A DNA stretch of 57,088 nucleotides, counting the filler, from Sphacelaria rigidula (taxonomy: Eukaryota): assembly GCA_964200075.2 (NCBI GenBank). It is 7 parts of 7 records of this genome, joined end to end, with 100 filler letters (N's around TTAATTAATTAA, not from the genome) between each part and the next. Parts side by side here need not be neighbours in the genome. Positions count along the whole stretch, not along the records: positions 49,020 to 57,088 come from CAXNAA020012414.1; 6 more parts are not named here. One strand, written 5' to 3'. The position numbers were made by a program, and so were the translations under genes. The number at the start of each line of letters is the position of its first letter. The first letter of the stretch is position 1. Of the stretch, positions 50,685-57,088 are shown in pieces. Under the pieces are notes generated by a model. It did not search any database. It had not been told where the DNA came from and saw only the letters and a list, made by a program, of their open reading frames with translations.

Positions 50685-52584
50685 CATATGACAGACCGCG
50701 GGCACTGCAAGCTGCTCTACGAAGAGGGTGAAGATTTGCATGAATACGAGAATTTCTACGACTTTTCTGCCTCCTACACCGAGGCCGAACAAAACGGTAT
50801 CGTGAGGAGGGCCACCTCGGACGCGACAGCAGCAGCAGCGGGTGCGTGCACCTACGAACGGAACGGAACCGACAAACTGGACGGCGAGATGATATCTGAT
50901 GAGACCGATGATGACGACGACACAGATGGTGATGACCACGTCGAGGTTTCGAAGACTTTGAGCGTTACTGATCTTGGAGAGCTGGTGCTGCTAGATGGGA
51001 AGACGGTCGGTAATCGGCAGTGGCGGCGATACTATCGACAGCGGTTGAGAGCACCCGATGAGCGAGAGGTGGTGGTTGCCCAGCATAGGGCTATGAGATT
51101 GCGTCTGGGAGCTATGTACGATGAGGAGGTACGCGGAGGAGGCGTGTTTTTTGCAGGAGAAAAATGGCGACTTTTGCGTATTTTTGGAACAATTTCGACC
51201 TCCTTCCTAACCCTAAATATGTTGCATTTGGCCTATTCAACCCTGTCGATGCGAGTTGGATATATTATAATCGGGTGCTCGATATACTCCTCTTTTCAAA
51301 AGGGAATGAGCAGGGGGCTTGCTATCATTTATGACGATGCTGCCAACGATGTAGTTTTTGCAAGTCGTTATGCGCGGTATCAAAACTTGAAATGATAACT
51401 CGTGCGAGTTAGCCCCCCTAGGAAACTGCTCTCGTCGTACCAGTAAGGTATGATATGTGTGGTCAGGCGTGATATTCATTCTACGGACAACGACTGTGTT
51501 TGTCTCGTCCTTCCCCCCTACATGCAAACGACGAAGGCAAGCGACAAATGAGTACTACCCCCCCTCCCCCACTTACATACGTACACACAAATATACGAGG
51601 GAGAGGTGGGATGATCCCTTGTGATGATGGACTCGTCCCGAGGAAGGGGAGAGGTTGAAAGTGTTGACGAGAGCAATGCATGCGTACGCACAAACGTGGA
51701 TGCGTACATGAGTGCACGGAAATAAGGTGCAGACAGGTGGGAGCGCCAGAAGGAAAAATCCAATGAAACGGATTCATTTTGCTCCTGAGCTACTCGCCTC
51801 CTTACAGGGTGGGCGTGACACGACTAGCCAATGGAAGCTAGGCCTATCGGATATCTCGTAAGGTTGATTCATCTCAGATATACGATTTTTCAAATAAATG
51901 TCGCCTCCCCCCCCCTCCCCATTCCCAGTCATTATCCAGGAATATAATGTTGAGGGTTATCTGAACATTCCGAACCTGTTGCGCAATACTCCTTCGATAT
52001 TTTCATGGTCGGGTTAGTCGTTTGCATTGATATCGCGTACCCTACTTCGAATAATCGATAGAGTAGTACTCTATTTACTCCATGATCTGAAGGATCTTGA
52101 CGTGTGGGCCGACGCTGCGGTTCGTAAGTTGAGACTGGAGGTGTAAACTGAACCTCGTTTGGTATGCCGATGAGCGGTACCTGGCGCACGCCCCCACCTC
52201 GCTTTTTACATATTCTTTGTTGTTGTCACACTGGGTATGAATTTGATTGTGCCGTCGCTACGTGTCTGTAGCTATGCCATGTACTGTTGGCAATGTTGAA
52301 AATGTACTCTACAATCCGCAGCTCTCGAGGTTTAATCCCCCTCCTCTCCCACTCGTGGAATATTGGATCGAAACACCCAGGTAAAAAAGGGCACTTCAAC
52401 GGGCGGCGCAGTAGCGCTACAGCGAGGTCAGCGGAAGGCCTACGGGGGACTGTCCGGGGTGGCACGACCCAAGGACGTGAAGATGCTGAGGGCGCATCAA
52501 CGGCGGGAGGCTCGCGAGTCCCTCAAGACGGGCCTAAGGCAAAACAAGCTCAACAAAACGTTCGACAGGGTCGCGGACATGTAA
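50685..52584 (+). CDS. REI1: Cytoplasmic 60S ribosomal subunit biogenesis factor REI1/ZNF622, last two exons (5' part not in this scaffold)
   Basis: Exon 50685-51128 (ttgcatag|...GAG|gtacgc) carries the family motifs HMTDRGHCK, EYENFYDFSASY and ELVLLDGKTVGNRQWRRYYRQR. Phase-0 terminal exon 52381-52584 ends ...LKTGLRQNKLNKTFDRVADM*. Confidence 0.92.
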
Positions 52585-53460
52585 ATCTCGTCAGGGTCTC
52601 CACGAGCGATATACTGTTTCCGTAAAACTTGTGTCGGATTTTGGAACGGATTCTCTGCCCCCTATTCGAGTGACTTTTTTTTTTGTGGGGCACCCAGAAG
52701 TCAAGAACACCCCTTCTCAGCATCACGGGGAAATACGAAGACCCTCCACTCGGCTCCCCCTGGCTTGCGTGCGGGGGGTGGAGGCGGGGTACTCCGTGTC
52801 TGTGTTGAGGTCGTTGTGTCATCGAGTTGTAGAGGACCCTTCCCCGCTAGGGCATTTGATCTGCGGATCAATATGTGGCTATGTTTCGGGAGTGTGGATG
52901 AATTGACTTGTCTTGTGAGTGTTGTGTTCCGTGAATATCCCCCTGTGTGGGCGTCGAATGTCGTGACGCACGTCCCCACGCCCCAATGGCGCAAAGTGGA
53001 TGACCATTCTACTTGGTGGTTGAATGGTGAGACACCCATGAGGCAGTGTGGAACCGGTGGCCGTCTCTGGAAGTGGCGATACCAGAAAATGAAACAACTT
53101 ACCGTAGCCTGTCATCCAGATGCGAGATAAATCAGTAGGCTTGGGGCCGGATAATCTGAGCAGAATGCATCTCACGTTTCATGCGACTCGCTGATCACAT
53201 CGCGGTGCTTTTGCGCTTGGTGATCGAATGCAAGCCTGGTCCGGCGAAAACCCGGCGTGCTCCGTCCCGACCTTCTAGGGATGTGGTCAATGGTCATATG
53301 ACAAGGGTACGCGAGATCATCAATACACCCCCATTGATGATATAGTGGTTGATAACGATAAAATGATGAAACGTGAACGGCTGGTCCTGGTGCCCAAGCG
53401 GGGGGTAGAGGACGTTTCAGTCTTCGACGCGATGCTTCCCAGATCCCCTCAAACACTCAT

Positions 53461-53760
53461 AACAACGTTTTCGTGAGGTTCGAGAGTAAAGCGCTGATTG
53501 AGAGTGGCTTGGATCATTCGCTGTAACTTGGCCAACTTTTCATTCCGTGTGTGTGTTTTCCATCACTGGCGTATGCTTACAGCTACACGTCGACATCCGA
53601 CTCGGGCATATCAAGGGCCTCAGTGGCCAGCTACTACAGCAATCATATCGGGCCTCGTGGAGGGGCATTTTGGAACTGAAACGATTCATTCACCACTCGT
53701 ATTTGACCGCTTTTCACTCTCAATCGTATCCTTTTCTTTCAATCTCACGAAAACGTTGTT
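53461..53760. mobile_element. MITE family A, full length (300 bp)
   Basis: TIR AACAACGTTTTCGTGAG / CTCACGAAAACGTTGTT; TSD TCAT/GCAT. Confidence 0.85.
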
Positions 53761-53875
53761 GCATGCCCATCACGCGTTCTCATATCTCGCGCAAACCCCA
53801 CCCCCCCTCCATCCTTGCCTCGGGACGAGCCGGAGCCTCAACGTGCAACCCATTCCCGACATTCTTGTCTTGCAC

Positions 53876-54872
53876 CAAGGGTCTGTCAAGAATATATTTC
53901 GGGACACGTAGGCCCCAACATCGAAAATTCGAGTTTTTGAGGGGGGGGGACACCCAGCCTGCTGTCCCCTAATTCATTGCCGAGGCGTTGTCGGATGCGG
54001 TCAGCTGCTGTGTACAGAGATCCTTGGCATGGAGACCGCTGACGGACACACCGCCCCTCCACGCTCATCAACTACCATGATGACATATGGCATCACGTTT
54101 CGTGTCGTGTGCCTCGACTACCTTCCACTACATGGTAGTCGGGGAAAATTTGGCGAGGCGTGAGATAATGATGCTACTTTGGCTACGGGCTGTCGTTACC
54201 GTGCGCTCGTGTATTGTGTACAGATGTGTGTGAGCGTTGCCGGCATCCGAGGTCATCGGGACAAGGCGGGTAAGGAGCAGCAGAAGCAAATTAATACACG
54301 AACCTCGTGAAGCCCGCCAGACTTTCCGGTTTTTGTCAGTGTTTGAGTGATGCTACGGAAGGGGTACACAAATAATTTACGAGGTTAGAATTGTTAGGAG
54401 CCCTTTATGTCATCCGAAACACGACTTATGAAATTATGCGAGAGTACGCCAGGATTACTGTTTCAACGTGCTGGGGATATCCCGAATGAATCTGCAAACG
54501 GGCATGCCCTGGCCCATATTCTTGTACGTCTAGAATCGTTAGGAGCCCCTGAAACAGACAAAATTTCGCGAAAAAAGTGCACCCCTACCGTAGCATTAGT
54601 CATTTGTTGATCACTTTCTTTCAATAACTTCACAAAAAAATAGAAATCACACAAAAAGGATGGTCGAATGGTTGGTTGCATTTTATTTTTTGGACAAGGG
54701 AAGAACAGTTACATAATGTTGATTAAAAATTAATTAATTAATTGGTTGGATGATTGGATAGTTGGTTGGTCGGATGGATTTTTTTTTTCGGACAAGGGAG
54801 AGTCCAATACCGCAAAATCATGACAAGGAGTAAAAAAATTATCCTCCGGGAGGGGGGGGGGACAGACCCTTG
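53876..54872. mobile_element. 997-bp non-autonomous DNA transposon, probably P superfamily
   Basis: Perfect 12-bp TIR CAAGGGTCTGTC / GACAGACCCTTG and perfect 7-bp TSD CTTGCAC (53869-53875 and 54873-54879). Confidence 0.85.
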
Positions 54873-55357
54873 CTTGCACTCTAATTTCGAGCCTTGGATT
54901 AATCGGGACTCTGGCAGTGCCTGTCCTCTTCATTTTTTTTTCCCACCCATCTCTCGTGCTCAAGATTCTGGACGATGGAAACCAGGTGATTGAGCAGACT
55001 TTGATCAGAAGTTGAACCATCTGGCCAAACGACAAGTAGTGGTCAAACCGCTGGAGCACGGCGTTGGTCATCGGGGTGTTCCGAGCAAGACCGCATGATA
55101 GGGGTACTGCAGTGTAATATTTTTGAGGAGTGAAAACTACGTCATTCGATCAACACCGTGTGTTGTTGACACCGGTGTGACTAGAGGACGCGAAGCCCCG
55201 TCGCACGTACTGTGGTGCAATGTGTCGGTGCCTTCCATCATGTGTTCGTTAACCACTGCGGAGGCCGTTCCACGTCGTACTTGTCTCGCTTGTCTGCTCT
55301 CTTGCATCGAGCGGTTGTTTACCCGACAAGCTGGGTGAGTGGAACAACTTTAACGAC

Positions 55358-55889
55358 TCAAGCACGCAGCATCTGCGACAGAGGTCCGAAGAGCAACGCC
55401 CACATCCCCTTCGCACGACACTGACAGTCCCTACCATAGCTATATTCCCTCACGAATGGGATGTTAGGTTTGCGTGATCTACTGCCTGCCGTGGGTGTGC
55501 AGAAGGCGTATCTCACCCGTTTGTTGTTCATCACCTCCTGATCGATGACCTCACGGGTGGCCACTGGGGTGCCTGCAACCTCAAATTCGGATGTTACAGA
55601 CCTTGCACAAGGTCTGTAACGTCCAAATTTGAGGTTGCAGGCACCCCAGTGGCCACCCGTGCTAGTTTTGGAGCCTTTCCAGTACAGTCACTTCAGGACT
55701 TTTTTCTGGGTACGAGTCAGGTCACGATAGGGGTTGCTCATCTGGGCCTAGATGCTTATTCTCATCGAGGAGCCACTTGAGTTAGGAGATACGCAAGAAT
55801 ATGGACCAAGACATTGCCATTTTGAAATCCATTCGAGATATCCTGAGCTTTTTGGAGTGCCAATCGTGGCGTGCTCTCACACGTTTCAT
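55358..55889 (-). pseudogene. Decayed coding relic of an unidentified multicopy family
   Basis: Protein-like frames with stops (CESTPRLALQKAQDISNGFQNGNVLVHIL; LDENKHLGPDEQPLS*PDSYPEKSPEVTVLERLQN*VIDQEVMNNKRVRYAFC), interrupted by the foldback; homolog at 54428-54550. Confidence 0.45.
55552..55661. repeat. 110-bp near-perfect foldback (collapsed CAC-ended MITE or pre-miRNA-like hairpin)
   Basis: 54-nt arms 55552-55605 and 55608-55661 with 2 differences and a 2-nt spacer; CT dinucleotide on both flanks. Confidence 0.9.
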
Positions 55890-57088
55890 GAGCAAGAACT
55901 GAAGTGAAACGGAAAGCTGCCCTTCAACGAGTCTGCAGTCGTCACGGTCCTCGTCTCCGAAGTTGTGAAATTTTTGCTTTTGACAGTCTCGCCGGTATTT
56001 TCAGACGCCGACATTGTCAGGAGGATGACTAGGAGATCCCGAAACGGGGATTCGCGCCAGCGAGATCTAACTCAAGGTATCGTGTGAAGGGTGGGCGTGA
56101 AGAAATAAAATGAATCGCGCCAGCCCGGAGGCTGCAACGACTACCATTATCACCAATGAATCCCAGTGGAAATTCCGTGATGAATCTCGTCTCAGAATAT
56201 CCTCTGAACTTGCTTCCGGCGATTGTGGTGCTAGTCACCCGACCCGCATATGAACGAATGCTCAGTGTGAAAACTTGTCCATGTGTGTCGGGATGCTATC
56301 AAATGCGAACACTTGATACAAGTTCCTGACATTTTTTCGTGGAAAACCGTAGATGACATGTTATTTATGTTCAATGATATGGAGGGGGCATTTTTGGAGA
56401 TTGGGCACCCCAACACAGTACACCAGGCGTCTGATGATACNNNNNNNNNNTGTGGACTGAAGCCGCAGGTGGGTGTTGACGCAGCAGTTTCGGCGACTCA
56501 AGGCGTTTTGTGCGCTGCGTGGCTTGGAAGGATGATTATGGACGATGCTGCAGTGATTCCGACAACAATCCGACAACAAGAACACTTTCTGATGACAATT
56601 ATTCTAGAGGGTAACAATGTGAAATCCGCGGCGAGGCAGGAGTAGATCTTGCCATCCTTGTTGTTTACATCGGCCCCCTGTTGGTCGAGGCTGGCACCAA
56701 GGCCGGAAGTAACCACTAGTTAAGGTTCTCCATATGTTGGAGGCAGATGCCTTGAGTATTATATGCCGTGCCGAGCAAGACGTGGCCGCACAACGCAGCC
56801 AAGGAGAGGAGTGTCTTCTGTCAAGGACCACTGCGGACCTGCTCGGGCAGGGGGCCACGTCTCCTCCCTCACAGTGCCAGACTCGGCGTGGGCGTTACCA
56901 CGACGGTCTGAAAACGACAGGGGTAGTTGCTGTAGTTTTCTCCTATCAGAATCAACCAGAAATTCCCCCGTGGTGTGCTCCCACGGAGTCATCCTACGAT
57001 AGGGGGGGGGGGGATGTGGTTGCACGAAAAACGAGGCTCATAAGTGTGTCAGACATCCTTCCACACTTGCGTTGCGGTTGTATTTGAT

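Noticed and set aside
51129-51395. C-terminal extension of the 235-aa ORF 50688-51395
   Set aside because: Read-through into the intron after the GAG|gtacgc donor; the REI1-like C-terminus is in exon 52381-52584.

Overview
This is eukaryotic nuclear DNA, most likely from a brown alga (Phaeophyceae). That call is an inference from long GT-AG introns with short exons, roughly balanced GC, and a recurrent tRNA-derived SINE and MITE complement. The window is not one locus: it is seven scaffolds of 8071, 8070, 8070, 8070, 8069, 8069 and 8069 bp, sorted by size and joined by 100-bp N44-TTAATTAATTAA-N44 linkers. Genes rebuilt by hand from splice sites: (1) a complete 3-exon secreted 176-aa protein with signal peptide, acidic pro-region, RXL motif, a Lys/Gly/His polycation block and an Asp/Tyr/His polyanion block, resembling diatom cingulin/silaffin architecture (28756-30228, +; top candidate for new biology); (2) a probably complete 5-exon 131-aa protein, about 57% Asp/Glu with a C-terminal NLS, resembling prothymosin alpha (2219-7333, -); (3) the 3' part of REI1/ZNF622 (50685-52584, +); (4) two partial genes of unknown function; (5) a decayed, intron-containing hAT transposase. 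The rest is SINEs, several MITE families with readable TIRs and TSDs, a three-level TE nest, a near-perfect 110-nt hairpin and coding relics. No rRNA, true tRNA or CRISPR array was found.
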